A DNA stretch of 64,000 bases from Pecten maximus (GCF_902652985.1 NC_047017.1:31620001-31684000), one strand, 5' to 3'; numbered from the stretch's first letter, positions 27,601 through 41,819 are shown. Made by a program: numbers and translations. Notes: generated by a model from the sequence alone, not told the origin.

Positions 27601-29007
27601 ATAAAGATATTAATGAATTTGAGCTCAATTTGGTTAGAAACATCCTTGGGGGAAGGAGAACAGATTTTGCATAAATGGTGACTGTGACCCCAAAGGGGCC
27701 AAAGGGGCAGGGCCCAATAGGGGAACTAGAGGTAATAAATTTAAATCGCTACGTGTCATTAAGTTATGAATGGATTTGAACCCAATTTGGTTAGAAACAT
27801 CCTTAGGGGAAGGAGAACAGATTTTGCTTAAATGGTGATTCTGACCCCCAAGGGGCCAAAGGGGTGGGGCCCAATAGGGGAAATAGAGGAAATGCCTTTA
27901 AATCGCTAAAGTCATTAAGTTATGAATGGATTTGAGCCCAATTTAGTCAGAAACATCCTTGGGGGAAGGGAAACAGATTTTGCATTAATGATGACTGATC
28001 CCCAAGGGGCCAAACGGGCGGGGGTCAAATAGGGGAAATAGAGGTAATTCCTTTAAAATCGCTACTAGTTATTAACTTATGACTGGATTTGAACCCAATT
28101 TGGTCAGAAACATCCTTGGGGAAAGCGAAACCGATTTTGCATTAATGGTGACTGACCCCAAAGGGGCGGGGCCAATAGGGGAAATAGAGGTTATTCCTTT
28201 AAACCGCTACTAGTCATAAAGTTATGAATGGATTTGAACCCAATTTGGTCAGAAAAATCCTTGGGGGAAGGGGAACAGATTTTGCATAAATGATGACTCT
28301 GATCCCCAAGGGGCCAAAGGGGCGGGGTCAAATAGGGGAAATAGAGGTAATTCCTTTAAATGGCTTCTAGTTATTAACTTTTGAATGAATTTGAACCCAA
28401 TTTGGTCAGAAACATCCTTGGGGAAAGCGAAACAGATTTTGCATTAATGATGATTTTGATCCCCAATGGGCCAAAGGGGTGGGGCCCCATAGCGGAAATG
28501 AAGGTAATTCCTTTAATTCGGTACTAGTCATAAAGTTATGAATGCATGTTGTAAAAACAATCCTTGAGGTCTTTCAGACCCTTAGAGAGTCTGGACTTCG
28601 TTATTTCTTTAAAACAGTTGGGACCCCCCACACTTAAACCATATATAGTATTATTTGAGATTGACAAATAAAACGGATTGAACATGAACATTATTTTGAC
28701 ATATGGTCAAATCCAACCAGGTGAGCGATACAGGCCCCATGGGCTTCTTGTTAGCTCCTGTGACTTGAAGGGCCAAGTGAGCTTTTGTCAGTCGCAACTT
28801 TTGTCAACTTTATTCTAAATAAATGACTGATTGAATTTTGAACTAATCTTGTCTGAAAAAAATGATAACCTGAGGTGAAGGGAAACCACTTATGTACAAA
28901 CTGTGAGTTTGGGGCCTGAGGGACAGAGTCAAATAGGGGAACATAGCAAGTTTCTTTCTTTTGTAGGAATGAAAGGATATGGACCAAATTTAGTCGGAAG
29001 TATTCTT

Positions 29008-29040
<33 letters not shown>

Positions 29041-32000
29041 CTAAGGGGTTGGGCCGAGTCAAAATGCTTTACTATGGTTTCTGGCATAGCAAGTTGAGTG
29101 ATGCCCTCTGAGCCCCTTCTTTTCTATTCTTACTTGTGAATGGATTCCCCTATCGCTTTTGTAACTCATTTGAGGAAGTTTTCCGCATGTTACAGCAAGA
29201 GGAGGAGAGACAGGCTGAGGTGGATCATGAGAACAAGATACTTCTACAGAAGATGACCCAAATCATGAAGAGCAGACCAGAGATAGACAATTGGAATGAG
29301 TACGAGCCCAAGAGGTGAGTAGTGATACTGAAATATTTAGCTGTGAATATTTACCTGTGAAAGGTGTACATATTTAGGCTATGAAAGGTGTACATATTTA
29401 CCTGTGAATATTTACCTGTGAAAGCTGTACCTATAGAACACATTCATGGTTCAAACTGTACACCAAGAATAAAACCCAATCACATAGCATAAATATAAAG
29501 ATTCATGGTAAAACATTTTTTTGTTAATTTCTTATTTGCATTAACTACCTTAATTCAATTGAATATTTATTTCTCTCCCATCTTATATTTCAACTTTTTA
29601 CAAATATATTGGATATATATGCTGATTATACTATGTATGGTGCATTCACCAGAAAATGTTATTTATTATAGATTTGTTTTCACATCAACATGATATATGA
29701 CCACTCTAATAAAATTATCATTTATTTCTCATTATGCTATATGGTTTACATCAGTCAGTCAAACTCAGCGAGCTATGTAAAAGTACAATACATGTAGTAA
29801 AAATAACCATCAGTACATTAGTTATGATTGGAAACGGTCATTTTATTAAACAACATAAATATAATCATAATGCATGTGATAAGATCCCGCCTTAAAAAGG
29901 ACTCATTTTATTTGATTTGCATAAACAAATAAAAATCTATATTAAACATAACTATTGTAGGTGAAGGGACAAAAACAACAGCAAACACCAAATACATGTA
30001 AAAAATGTAAAGGATACTCAAATTACTAGAAAAACTTGAGACGCTAAGGGATGGTGGTGGGTAAATCAATATTTAAATGGTGCCATACCTTTTGGTATGA
30101 GAAAAAATTCAAAGTGAGTGACGCTTCAGCGGGTCACATGATTATGTACCACTATGCCATATCAGAATTTGTTTTGCCACATAACTCAGAAATTAAAACT
30201 CTGCGTCAAAAGGATATAAACCTGAAGAAAAAAATGTATCAACATAAATGCAATTGAAGTACCTTCCGTATTAAATTGTTATATTTTAATTTGTTTACAC
30301 TACATGTACCTAAAAGTTGATGGTTTAGAATAGTGTCTGTGACAGGTTTTCATGTGTAGGTAATATGTTGGAATCTTGAGAACACGGCAGATTGTCATGA
30401 AAATCTGAAAAATTTGTTTGTCATCAATGTCACTATTACTTCTCTGATTATGACTACTAAGTAATACACATCTTATGACCATCCATAGGTTTGGATACAT
30501 TGCTCATGTTTGATGAAGCATATTGTCATGACTATTACTTATTATTTGGTATTTGACAAGCCTTTATTGTGTTGTAGTTTAAATTACACCAGCCGAGAAA
30601 AGGTGTTGCGGGAGATACAGATGCAGAATATTGGTATTGCCCGACGATTGGACCGTGCTAAGCCTGTCTACAAAAATGACGAATTAGTGAGTACTTGCGA
30701 GTATTTGAATCATGAAAAGTAGTTTCCAGGCAGGATGTTTTATTTAGTCCAATTGAAAAGGCCATACGTAATTATATTTAAGTCCCGTCTTAACCAGACC
30801 CTGACAGTGACACCATAAATAATCTTAAAATTGTCAGTTATTGGTGACCTTAAATTAATGAAGATTATAGGAAAGACATAATAATACCCTATCATAAAGC
30901 AATTGATGTTATAGCCCTGAAATATTGAATGTGCCTGAAATTTATTGAGTATACCTAGAGATTTACAAAAACAATCAATATCACACTGAAAAAAAATATA
31001 CATACACATATACTCAGTGAATTTACAACATGATCGATGAGACATGGCAATGAAAAGTTAAACATTATCTAAATTTGTTACATATGATACTTGGTCCCAT
31101 ACTTATAAATTTATTGCAGCTTGTGCTTTCCTGTTGATTTATGACCTATAGTCTTTGAGGAGAAAGTTAATGTACATGTATGAATTATCTATTACAGACG
31201 CACACACAATGTGTATGGGTATGGCAATCATTAGGGTATTGTAATCATCTCTAGTGCTAGCCCATTTATCAGCTCAATTAGTGTTGTCATGGTTCATTAC
31301 AAATAATTAGCCGTGTAATTGAGGAATCCTACATGCTCTCGTATTGACTATATACTGGTTGGAGTGACACTCTACAGACAAGTAAATATTAAACTGTCCA
31401 TTGAACACACACTGTAGACCTTCATCAACACAGAATCCATGTTTACTCTCTATTGACATGCAAAACCTACCATTGGCAATTAAATTCCATTTACCCTAGG
31501 GTTCATCTCACAGAGATATATTGATGGTGCTGATATCGAACCTGGCCCAGATCGGATGTTTACTAATCTGATCCCCTGATGATCATGAAATGGTCGCTTC
31601 TTTACAAGATTGACATGTGCTGGCAATCATTTTATAGGCCTAGTTAATGAAATTAAAAAATTAAAAAGTTATTTGACAAATGCTGAAGCATGAATTATTA
31701 TTGATTGATCAGCTGATATTGTATTGTTGAATGGCGAATATTAGTTAATTGAAGCATGATTTCCTAAGGTGGATGTGATTTGATTTTATGTCAACAGTGT
31801 GTTTATATGAAACTGAAATCCAGTTGTATAATTGTTGATCGAATATTATAGATGGAAACTTGCATTCATTATGTAATAACTTGTATTGAATCAAGGGTAA
31901 TTTGTCTTCCTGTAATAAGAAGGGGGTTCTTACCGCCTGGAACCCTCTCACACACACACACCCCAATCTGTCTATGGTGATAGATTGTGGACTTGAAAAC

Positions 32001-32965
32001 AATCAAATTTTACCCAACCATGATATACTTGTCATTTCCTTGATTATTTGACTCCTGATTTGATGTCAAAACTGCTAGTGTCATGTCTGAGACTGTATTT
32101 AGTCATACTTACCATTTAGAGAAGCATTTATTGACATTTGTAATGTAGTACCTGGCCTAATTGTGTGTTGACTTAGTATCCATGGTTTGTTAATAAGAAA
32201 CTAAATGTCCTAAACTCACAGCATCAGTGCAATATAAGCCTCATAATATGAACCTAAAAATGGAAAGACTGAGAGATAAATATTTTTACAACATAACCAA
32301 CATTCTGACCAAAGAAAAAGCTTATTGGAGCTTTATTTTCTACACTACCTATCACTGGAACTTAATGCTTAAATCCTTTTTTTTGGCATGGATTGACCTA
32401 GGAAGGGTAATGTGTCATATGTAGGTCACTCTAACCTACATTTTGACCTACATAAAGAAAAAGTTTGCATTCTACATTGAAGTTCCACATGGACTAACTG
32501 TAACAGATTTTACATAGGTAAATACAGGACCAGTTTTATAAGGACCCGTTTTATATACCCCAGAGTTTTGGAGTTCCACATGGACTTCTGTAACAGATTA
32601 TACATAGTCATAGGTAAATACAGCACCTGTTTTAGTGGATACTTTGGATGGATGGGTAGATTAAAACCAAGACTTAAAGGATTTTAGATTTTTATTCAGG
32701 AAGTACATACCTAGGTATCAAAATTCTTTTTGAAGTTGTAATGTGTAGGTTACATGAAAACTGATTTCTTGTTTGTTTGTTTTTTTGTTTTTTTTAACAA
32801 AAGCTGTAAGGAAGTTAATTGGTATGTAAATCATACATTCTTAACTTTATGATTTTCTAGGAAAATGAATACCAGCAAAAGAGATACCTGCAGGCTTTGT
32901 GGGCTGAAAATGCCAAAGAGTTTGGCCAGGTTACCCCAAGACATCTGAAGTATCGCCAGCTTAAG
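18693..32965 (+). CDS. CFAP97/KIAA1430-domain (CFAP97D1/D2, hemingway-like) ciliary/flagellar protein exons; start exon not identified
   Basis: Exons 18693-18773 (VAESRTALDTKSPKKYAHVLVRLKRIQ), 29196-29314 (QEEERQAEVDHENKILLQKMTQIMKSRPEIDNWNEYEPK), 30578-30686 (SLNYTSREKVLREIQMQNIGIARRLDRAKPVYKNDEL), 32861-32965 (ENEYQQKRYLQALW..). All are GT-AG and phase-consistent. The pattern D.K.P..Y.H..LK..Q.EEER...I..EN..LL.KM..IM...DN.N.Y..KSLN...R..EL..I..EN..I..RL....P.Y is typical of the CFAP97D family. Confidence 0.85.
19994..20534 (+). mobile_element. Short HINE/pearl-type element (155-bp core family)
   Basis: 5' tttttagcccac..gtgggc, degenerate (gtcc)n, about 2 core repeats, 3' tggtgggcgccaagatccctcagggatctc hairpin; same family as 23442-27194. 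Confidence 0.85.
23442..27194 (+). mobile_element. Tandem pair of HINE/pearl-type elements carrying a 155-bp satellite (about 7 plus about 15 units)
   Basis: Near-identical 5' ends tttttagcccaccatcatcagatggtgggct plus (gtcc)n at 23442 and 24613; 155-bp repeats (ggaaaacaacatggccgacaggcagccatcttggattttgacaattg..); single 3' end tggtgggcgccaagatccctctgggatctcttgtt. Confidence 0.9.
27195..28751 (+). mobile_element. HINE-type element of a second family with about 8 central repeats of about 157 bp
   Basis: 5' ttagctcacctgg..ccggtgagct, (gtcc)n, repeats containing aatttggtcagaaacatccttggggg, 3' caggtgagcgatacaggccccatgggcttcttgtt. Confidence 0.9.
28752..29122 (+). mobile_element. Degenerate short HINE-type element
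   Basis: 5' ttagctcctgtgacttgaagggccaagtgagct, internal poly-G, decayed 3' end. Confidence 0.6.
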
Positions 32966-33034
32966 GTAAGACAACCTGTGTACAGAATACGATTTACTGG
33001 GTATACACTACGGGTATTAGTATTTGCAGGGGGG

Positions 33035-33272
33035 ATAACATGGTAATTGGTGATTAGAGTTTGTACCGTTATTATGGGTAGCGGGATGTAACACTGTAAT
33101 TGGTGATCAGAATTTGTACCGTTATTATGGGTAGCGGGATTTAACATTGTATATTGGTTATCAGAATTTGTACTGTTGTTACGGTATTGGGATGTAACAC
33201 TGTAATTGGTGATCAGAATTTGTACCGTTATTATGGGTAGTGCTATATAACATTGTAATTGGTGATCAGAAT
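33035..33272. repeat. Tandem repeat of about 59 bp, 4 copies
   Basis: gtaattggtgatcagaatttgtaccgttattatgggtagcgggatgtaacact. Confidence 0.85.
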
Positions 33273-33495
33273 TATATAGCAGTCTGAAGAATCCAAAATG
33301 CGACAAAACTACTAAAGACGTGTTGATGAATTAATTCGTCCATAGGGATCATACATAACAATTTTATTATATATGCATACCGTATTAGCATTGAGACATA
33401 TTCCAAGCCCAATCAAATGGTGATATTTGTAATCAGCATAAGTGACCTTTTGGGGGCCCTATATCTAAACAATGGTGATGTTTCTGTCCCTGTAG

Positions 33496-36400
33496 TCATT
33501 CAGACCAGAAGCCAACACACTAGTAAGTACCCTGAGGATTCACACTGTGGCCTAATCATCACTGTATGTGTCTGTAAACTTGTTGTTTGAAAGTCATTCA
33601 TGATAATTATTTGTACGAATATATAAGTTTGTGATTGCTGTGAAGTCAATTTGATGGAGTGTGTTACCAATGATACAGCACTGTTTGATGGAGTGTGTTA
33701 CCAATGATATGTCACTGTTTGAATGTTTACTACAGGATGAGACAACATTTATGATTGGTTACAATCCTAACTATTCAAGTCATGCTTATGTCCAAGGCCC
33801 CAGGATCATGAAACAGTCTGAGATTTGTGTGTGAACTCAATTTAACCAATTCCAACTATAATTATTTTATTGAAAAGCCTTAAAATTTGGTCCAGATTGA
33901 AGTAAACAGGTTTATATTTTACATTTTTAGATTGAAATCTGTAGAGTTTACCTGTAAGTCACTTGAGTTCAGAATCAGTAGATTGCTTAATGATCCAGGA
34001 TTAAAGCAGAGGAATTTTCATTGGAGTAAATATATGCCTCTGATTCTGGTAAAGTGTAAAAATAATTACCATCTGATTCTGTGAAATGAGTATAAAGTAT
34101 TGCCAAGTATGTGTTATCAATAATTGAATATTGGATGATTACTTACCTTAAGATTGGTCTTGTTTTTTGTTCAGTATGTAGTGCCTTTCCTAGATTATGA
34201 GCAGGTAAACAACAACTTATATAGAGGTAGATAGTGTAATGTATATAATTACAACAGTTAAACAACATTATATTTATATAAAATAAATGTACATGTAGCC
34301 AGATAGTTTACACTGTAGCTATAGTCTTAATTAGAACAGGTTCTACTAGTATCAATAGTCAATACCAATCTATTGTAATACAAAATGTTAGTGTATGATA
34401 TCCAAGATTTGAAAAAAAATAATCCATGATATTAACTTTTTATTTTATTTTTGTCAAGCAAGATGTCTTTGGAAATTGTTTTTCATTAAAATTTGTCCAA
34501 TTAACAAAAAATCATTTAAAATAGAATTGAATGATTATTCTGTAGTTTACATTTTATGATCTAGATAATGTATGACACTTATGTATCAGGTCAGCTTTTA
34601 ATCTTTGCTTTTACAAGGTTTTCACATATGGAACACATATCTTGTGTAAAACCAAAAAGGAATCAAGTTGAGTCTATAATTCCTTGATACAAGATACTAG
34701 TGAGAGGATGTTGTGGTATTCACTAAAACATTTACTTCTAGGGGCTTCCCCTACTGAACTATGAGACACAGAGTTATAGTATTTGTCCTTTACTTAATGG
34801 ATTGGATGACTTTGATGAAGTTTAATTAATTAAATGACAATAGTATTTGTCCGTTAATTTACTAGGTTGGGTGACTTAAAAAATGATTTGTTAAATGATA
34901 ATATTCAGCATTGCAGACCTTTTGGATGAAATTTATTGCCAGAGCCTGTAGTCTGTACGTGTAACTACATGTAGTGCATATTGTAGCTTAGAGAAAGCAT
35001 GCCAATATAACATCAGTATCTAGCCTGGCCAAAAGTATATCAGTAAAGATATATTAAGTCCTGAGTCCAGTATGAGAATGCTGACCAACATTTTCTGTGT
35101 GGCTGTGTTGCCTTCAGAAGGCTACCTCCCATCAGGTACAGATTTGTTATCTATTTCAGTTGTCATATTATGTTGAAAACTTACTCTCATTCGAGTTTAG
35201 TATTTGGTGAAATTCTTAAACGTTAATGCAGCTTCTGTGATCTAATTGGGTAATGATTTCTGGGCAGCAATCTGATTGGCTGATGATTTCTGAGCATTCT
35301 GATTGGCTGATGATTTCTGAGCATTAATTTGATTGGCTGATGATTTCCGGAAAATTCTTTTGGAGGATTTTGTTCAGAATTTCTATATGGTTTATCCATA
35401 CTACACATATAATGCCATTTTATTAATTTGTCATTTTATGGTAAATTGTTTTCAGGACTCTTTCCATCTTACTAGTGCAGACAACAGACAAAGTCTGGTT
35501 TAAAATGAAAAACTGTATACATGTGGTCATTATATTGATGTTTAGTAAAATCATTTCAACAAAGGTTTTATTATATAATAATAAGGAGAGACGGATTGTC
35601 GTTGGTGTCACTATACTATGTGTATGATATTTATATGGTAATGAGGAGAGATATATTGTTTCCTGTGGTTGTACCACATGGTATTTATATTGTTAATTTT
35701 ATAATAACACAGATGCTTATTTTCTCTCGCTTTTGCAGTAGAATTCCAACAAATGCTACTTCACGACCTTCTGGTCCAGATATTGAGGGATATTTAAAGT
35801 TTTAACGTTGTTGATAGAGTTGTGTTGATAATGCGATGATAACACTGATACCAAGAAATTTGTTGTTGATTCCAGAAACAACACGAAGGTGAAGAACCAC
35901 AAGATGAGTATGACGAGGAAGACGAACCTTTTCATCGTCACAATGTCATAGCCAAAAACACGACCTTGGGCTTACCCCCTATTGTAAGTGACATATACTA
36001 CTTCTCTCACTTATAAACGTTAAACACATACCTGTATACATTTGTTGTCTTCCTTCTATATGCTTTAAGTCGACCTGGACAGATTATTACACAACTGGGG
36101 TCTGACATAATGATCCTCTAGGTAATATGTCGGCCCAACAGGTGATAGATCCATGATCACCACGACTACACCATTAACCTTCAGTGTAGATCTTACTTTA
36201 TGTTAGTAGAGAGGATTTCATGATACATAAAACTATGCTCAAATATTTTACCATCTCAAGTTGTTAAATGAATAATCGCCTTGTTACTGTATGCATTCAG
36301 CAGACCACTTGTTATGTGATTATTGGTTCTAAGTATCTATGCATACCAGTCTTAATTAATCCAATCACAATATCAATAACATGCCATTCTCATTTCATTC

Positions 36401-37038
36401 TACAGAGATTATGCTTGTCATTTTTAACAAACTTTAATCTATAGGACAGTTTTCAACAAGGAGGCTGTTCATGTACAGTCAGAAGCTCTTCATTTTTAGT
36501 CAACATAGCATTTTGTCCAAATGGTACCTGCATATTGAAACAAAAAAAAAGGAGTTATATATAGTTTAAAGTTTATTCACTGTATCATATGCTTGAATGA
36601 ATAGACTGAATAGTTTAAAGTTTATTCACTGTATCATATGCTTGAATGAATAGACTGAATCATATTTTTCAAATGTATGGGCTAAAAACAGGTTTTTTTT
36701 ACTAAATTGTTTTGAAGCAAGTCTTACATTTAAGTATGAGAGTGTTTCTGATTAAAAAGTACTAGATCCACTGCAGTCACCACGGTCAAAGCTCTGTTGA
36801 CTAAATGTACATTAAATACAAAAATATCAGAATATCCTCAGTTTTTGTCTTTAATTATGAATCACTCATACAATAAATTAACATTAATTACGTAAAAGGT
36901 AAGTACCAGGTTGTTGAGATTAATTAGGTGATATTCACTTCAGTGAACTTTCAGAAGATGGTGTATGACTAACAGCACTGGTCTGTATGTTTTGGTGTTG
37001 TTCAATTTCAGGAGAATGGAAAATCAAATAGCAAGCAG
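33496..37038 (+). CDS. Phase-0 linker exons and microexons of the CFAP97-domain gene
   Basis: 33496-33522 (SFRPEANTL, TAG..GTAAGT), 35118-35135 (KATSHQ, weak donor), 35876-35983 (KQHEGEEPQDEYDEEDEPF..LGLPPI, GTAAGT), 37012-37038 (ENGKSNSKQ). All lengths are multiples of 3 with no stops. Confidence 0.6.
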
Positions 37039-40000
37039 GTATATTATCTAATAATGCCGCCGATTCAGTTAGTGTTGTAATACCCTTACGCACCTGTCAA
37101 TTCTGCAACCTGCATTTTCTTTTTTAAGCAAATAGACATTGCTAGATTTTGCACTTTGTAAAACATGGTAATTTCAAGCTTTTTATAACAGAAAAATTGT
37201 TGATGCGCTGAATTAGTGAAACAAAAAAAAATCGACAAAATTTTTAAGAAATTATTTTTTTTGAAAGTCTGACATTGTGCTTTTTATTTGATTTGAGTAT
37301 AAACTTGTATAATTAACACTTTGGTCAATGAACCCATTCTGTAAAACAGTCTTGAAATCATCAACAATTCTTCTGTTCCAGAGATTGAATGATCATACTG
37401 CCTCTCCTTTAATTTTTAATTGTCACGACAAATGGCAATCATTGCACTCTTATCATTCAGCATATAAGCATACCTGTTATCAAATTAAATGTTTATTGAA
37501 ATGTATACAGAGGAATTAGTCTCTAGAGACAAAGTATAGCATGATCTGCTACAGTCACATGTGTTGTGCATTGTCCTAAGGGTCAAATTTCAGGGCTAAA
37601 ATTTCAATAATTTTTTTCATCAGTCTAGGATCTGAATGGCTAAAATACAGTTAGTTTATATCAGGCTAATGGTTTAGAAGTTTTGTGTTGCTATATCTGG
37701 AAACATGATTATATAAGTGCCACATATTGCTTATAAACCTGTAAGTCGTGGTAGGAGGCTTTATGTCATTCACAATGCATTGTAACTCAGTCATGTAATC
37801 CTTTATTGTTTGCCAAATAGGGAATATCTTTAAAAAAATGCTGAATCTTTCTGTTTGTTCATTTTTTGAAAGAAATTATTATTCTACCTTGGTTCAGATT
37901 ATTAGTAGTATTCATATTAATTAGAGGCCTCTTACAAAGATGCATGTGAAATAGGTTGAAAGCAAATATTTTTTTTGTGAAAAATCAGAATATCGACAGT
38001 ATTTGTAAATCCATCATAGTTGTAATGTTTTATTGGTGAAAAAGAGATTGGAGAAAATTGTGGCAGTTTTAATCTTAGTCGAAGATTGATTGAGAACTCC
38101 TGAATATCACTAGGTGCTTGGGCTCAATTGCATGTTATAATGTTTTGTCATACCAAAACAATTGTAAGTCTTTTGACTGTTAAGTCTGTGGGCCTTCTGT
38201 ATATATGCATGTATGTTATATGTACATATCAATATGATTACAATTTACTATCAGACATAAGTGGTGGTTTGCAGTCGTGCATGTGCATTACATATCTTCA
38301 AAGTAATTATTATATAGATAAATCATATATAACCTCACCAAACATCCAAATCCTACTGAATTCATGGTTAATGGGAGCAGACTGGGTTAACGAAACTAAA
38401 CAAAACTTTCTGAATATTTTCAAGTCGGTGAAAGTAAAAAGTATAGAAATAGTTATGTGTCTAACTTAGATATAGAAGATTGTGGCAGTAAGTGTCTTTA
38501 TTACTATCTGTTTTATCAGGTATTAAAATGTATGTACTGTCTGTTAATTGTGTTCTTCGTTTGTACGTACCGTACATTAGTTGTGTCCTTTGTATGTAGT
38601 GTATGTTAGTTGTGTATGTTGTATGTACATTGTATTCCACAGTATTGAGTGTTAGAATCTATGAACAGTACACATATATGTACAATGTAGTTGTAATAAT
38701 ATTTGATTGATCTGAACACCCAATAATCCCTGATGTTCCACCATGTCCAATTCCAGCCTTTGTAATGAATGATTCAGTTTTTAAGTATTTAAGTCCCATG
38801 TCAATACCTTGATCCTTTAACAAGTCAGTTTACTAAGGTGCGCCTGATAGAATAGCACAGCTGATAGAATAGCACAGATCAGCATCTGTAACAATAGTTA
38901 TCTCCCTTAACCAGAGTTGTCTCCCTTAACAAATTTTGAAAAGTTTATTTTTTTGTAATTCTTAACACCATTATAAATCTGTATGTTTACCAAAGATGTG
39001 TACATTAAATGGACGGCTTGTTATTTTCTCTATTTATTTCAACATTTTCTTTCCAAGATGTATTGTTGCAACTGTATCTCTTGTTATATATTGTTGCCCC
39101 CCCCCCCCCCCCAAAAAAAAAAATTGTTGAATAATCAGTGCAATTATCCTGTAATAAATTGTATAAAGAATATTTAACAAGAAGCAGGCTTGCACAAAAG
39201 GTCACTTATATATATTTAAAAGAAGAATTGGATATATGTTGATATTGCTTGTATAATTATTCTTTCTGATCCCTGCAGCATAGAGCTTATTATGACTAAA
39301 TGCTTACATTGCTTACTGCTAAGTAGTGAAATATGCTTCCAGATACACTCAGCTTTACAGTTATTTCTCAGGCACTTTGATACAGGGTTTTGGTCATCTT
39401 CCATTTGAAGCATATGAACTTCTTATTATTCTGTATTTTAAGGTCTCAAGCACTTTGCATTTTCTAATAGAAGATTTTATTTATTTGAAGCAAAAAAATC
39501 ATATTTTATGTAACAGTATTAAATATTTTTGATATTTCTATTTACAATAAAGAATACTGAAGAAATTCACAGTGATTCTAATTCAAAATTGATAAGATAA
39601 TGGATTAACAAATTCCCATATACAGACATTTGAAAAAGTGCTGTCAAGGAAAATAAGACCATGCAGGTGTTCAGGAAGGGTGAGCATTATCTGCTTTATT
39701 CCATGTAAATATCTGCCATATAAATCTAAGTCAAGTCCAGGTGATGTCATTTTCTCATTTTAACTAGGGTGGTAATGATGGAATCATCCGGCATATTAAC
39801 AAGCATCAAACACCTCTTGCTTTATACTGCACATGAAAAAGATGTGATTTCAAACTTGTTTATTTCTAAATTTCACTGGTCCTTTTATCTGTGTAATGAC
39901 ACAGGCACAGTACAATGGTTTCTCCCAGCGAATCACAATTGAGTTTTTTTCACTATTTTTTCTTGTACACGTACATCAGTTATTTCTTTATTGGCCGATG

Positions 40001-40554
40001 AATATTACAACATGCAAAAATAAAACTTACAAATATTGAAACTTTAATTTTGCTAAATTTTTTAAGATGCCATTTTTTGGTAATAATACCACTGTAACAG
40101 TTTACACTGCTTAATACACTAGCTATTATGAATATATATATTCTTCCTAGTATAGACACATTATCATACCATCAGAATACTATTTCTGATAATTAGTACA
40201 TTGGCCTTATGTGTTTGAATATTTTAGTGACCTAAGCATAAACAATCTAAACATAATTTGTGTAAAGCATATATGTCAATATGCATTTCATTGTATATTA
40301 ATGTTTATCATGAAACTAATTAGTATATTTTGATTTGAAATCAAATATTGTTATCAGCTTGTGTATCAGTGTTAAGGTATATTTTGTACGGTGTTTTATT
40401 AGAATTTTGTGTAGTTTGAGATGAAGTGCAGGTAAGGAAATTTTAGCCAACCAAATTAAATCATTAAATTCTTTCAATAAATTAGACTGGACTTTCCAGC
40501 AAAACACAGAGTTATTATAGATATTCTTTAACATTCAAACTCTTCCTGTTGCAG

Positions 40555-41097
40555 AACATAAGATATATGAAGGACACTGGAGGATCAGGTTCAGACCCGT
40601 ATAAACAAGGCAAAGGACAAGACAGACTGCCACACCTCGACAAAAAGGTCAGTAAAGGTTCTAGGCCTGTCAAATCTGAACACACAGTTGATGTCAATTC
40701 AACCAATGATTCAACAAGGAAAATTGAATCAGCCAAAACTGTTGAATCAGCTAAGAATATTACATTAGGATCAACAACCTCAACTAAAAAGACCCGTCAA
40801 CCTAGAAAAATGGATTCCTCCAAAACTGTTAATTCAACTAAAACAGTTGAATCAACCACTTCTACCAAAAAGGCTGATTCAGTAAAGAAGTTTGAATCAG
40901 CAAAAACAAATGATGATTCTTCAACTAAAAAAGTTGATTCATCAGGTAAAAATCTTGAATCTGCTAAAACAATCAGGTCATTGGTACGAGCTGATTCACC
41001 TACTAAAACAATTACGTCGACCAAAAGGGAGAATTCACCTGTAAAAAGGCCATATTCTTTAAGTTCTGCCAAGAGGGATGATTCTTTCTTTGATTAA
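40555..41097 (+). CDS. Terminal coding exon with a Lys/Ser/Thr-rich low-complexity tail (short isoform end)
   Basis: Acceptor tcttcctgttgcag in phase 0, 180-codon open frame to TAA at 41097, AATAAA at 41656. Confidence 0.7.
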   Translation, partial: NIRYMKDTGGSGSDPYKQGKGQDRLPHLDKKVSKGSRPVKSEHTVDVNSTNDSTRKIESAKTVESAKNITLGSTTSTKKTRQPRKMDSSKTVNSTKTVESTTSTKKADSVKKFESAKTNDDSSTKKVDSSGKNLESAKTIRSLVRADSPTKTITSTKRENSPVKRPYSLSSAKRDDSFFD

Positions 41098-41819
41098 ACC
41101 AAGATAAGACAGGTCATGTTTGTAGACTTTAATAAGTTAGAACTATCAATACCATACAATCAAACCTGATAATCAAGTTCTGCATTTTAAAATATAGTAA
41201 TTTAGATAACTAGTAGAGTACAGCTGTAAGATTTATGGGACAATCAGATTTCTGGAACATTTGAATACTGAAAATGTTGTCGCTAAAATATTTGTTACAT
41301 CACCAGCTTGATAGTGAAGGCTGAACTCCTAACAATGTTATGTATAACTAGTGGTGTATGGTTTTGATAAGTAATACACTATATCATATGTACTTTTTAC
41401 ATTAAGAACTATTGATTTAAGCAGTTCTTATATATTGTGTGGTTTTTATGAAATGATATTACCTATATAACTAATTAGATCTATATAACTAATTACATGA
41501 ACTGTGATATATAATTTGCTCTGTAAATGTTACCAACCCATCGATACTGTTGTTTAGTTGCTAATGTTTTAGATGTGACAGGATTGTAGATCTCTACGGC
41601 AGACACTTGTCAACTGTAGGTAGAAATGGGCAGTAATTTACATCCTTAATTAAACAATAAATGAGGATACCAATTAAGCCATTGTCCTTGGTGTGGACAA
41701 TTATCACTAAACGATACATTAACGGTGTACCTCGGCAGTATTGATCATCCTCCTGTACCAATGATGTACATCAGGTGAACAGATGACTGAATAATTGATC
41801 AGTGCTTTAATGATTGATG

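Noticed and set aside
29010-29040. 31-nt poly-G run producing poly-Pro and poly-Gly ORFs
   Set aside because: Homopolymer within a decayed element; the length may be a sequencing artefact
34194-34204. 11-nt microexon candidate (TAG..GTAAAC); also a 34-nt candidate at 44288-44321
   Set aside because: Lengths are not multiples of 3 and each alone would break the phase-0 chain
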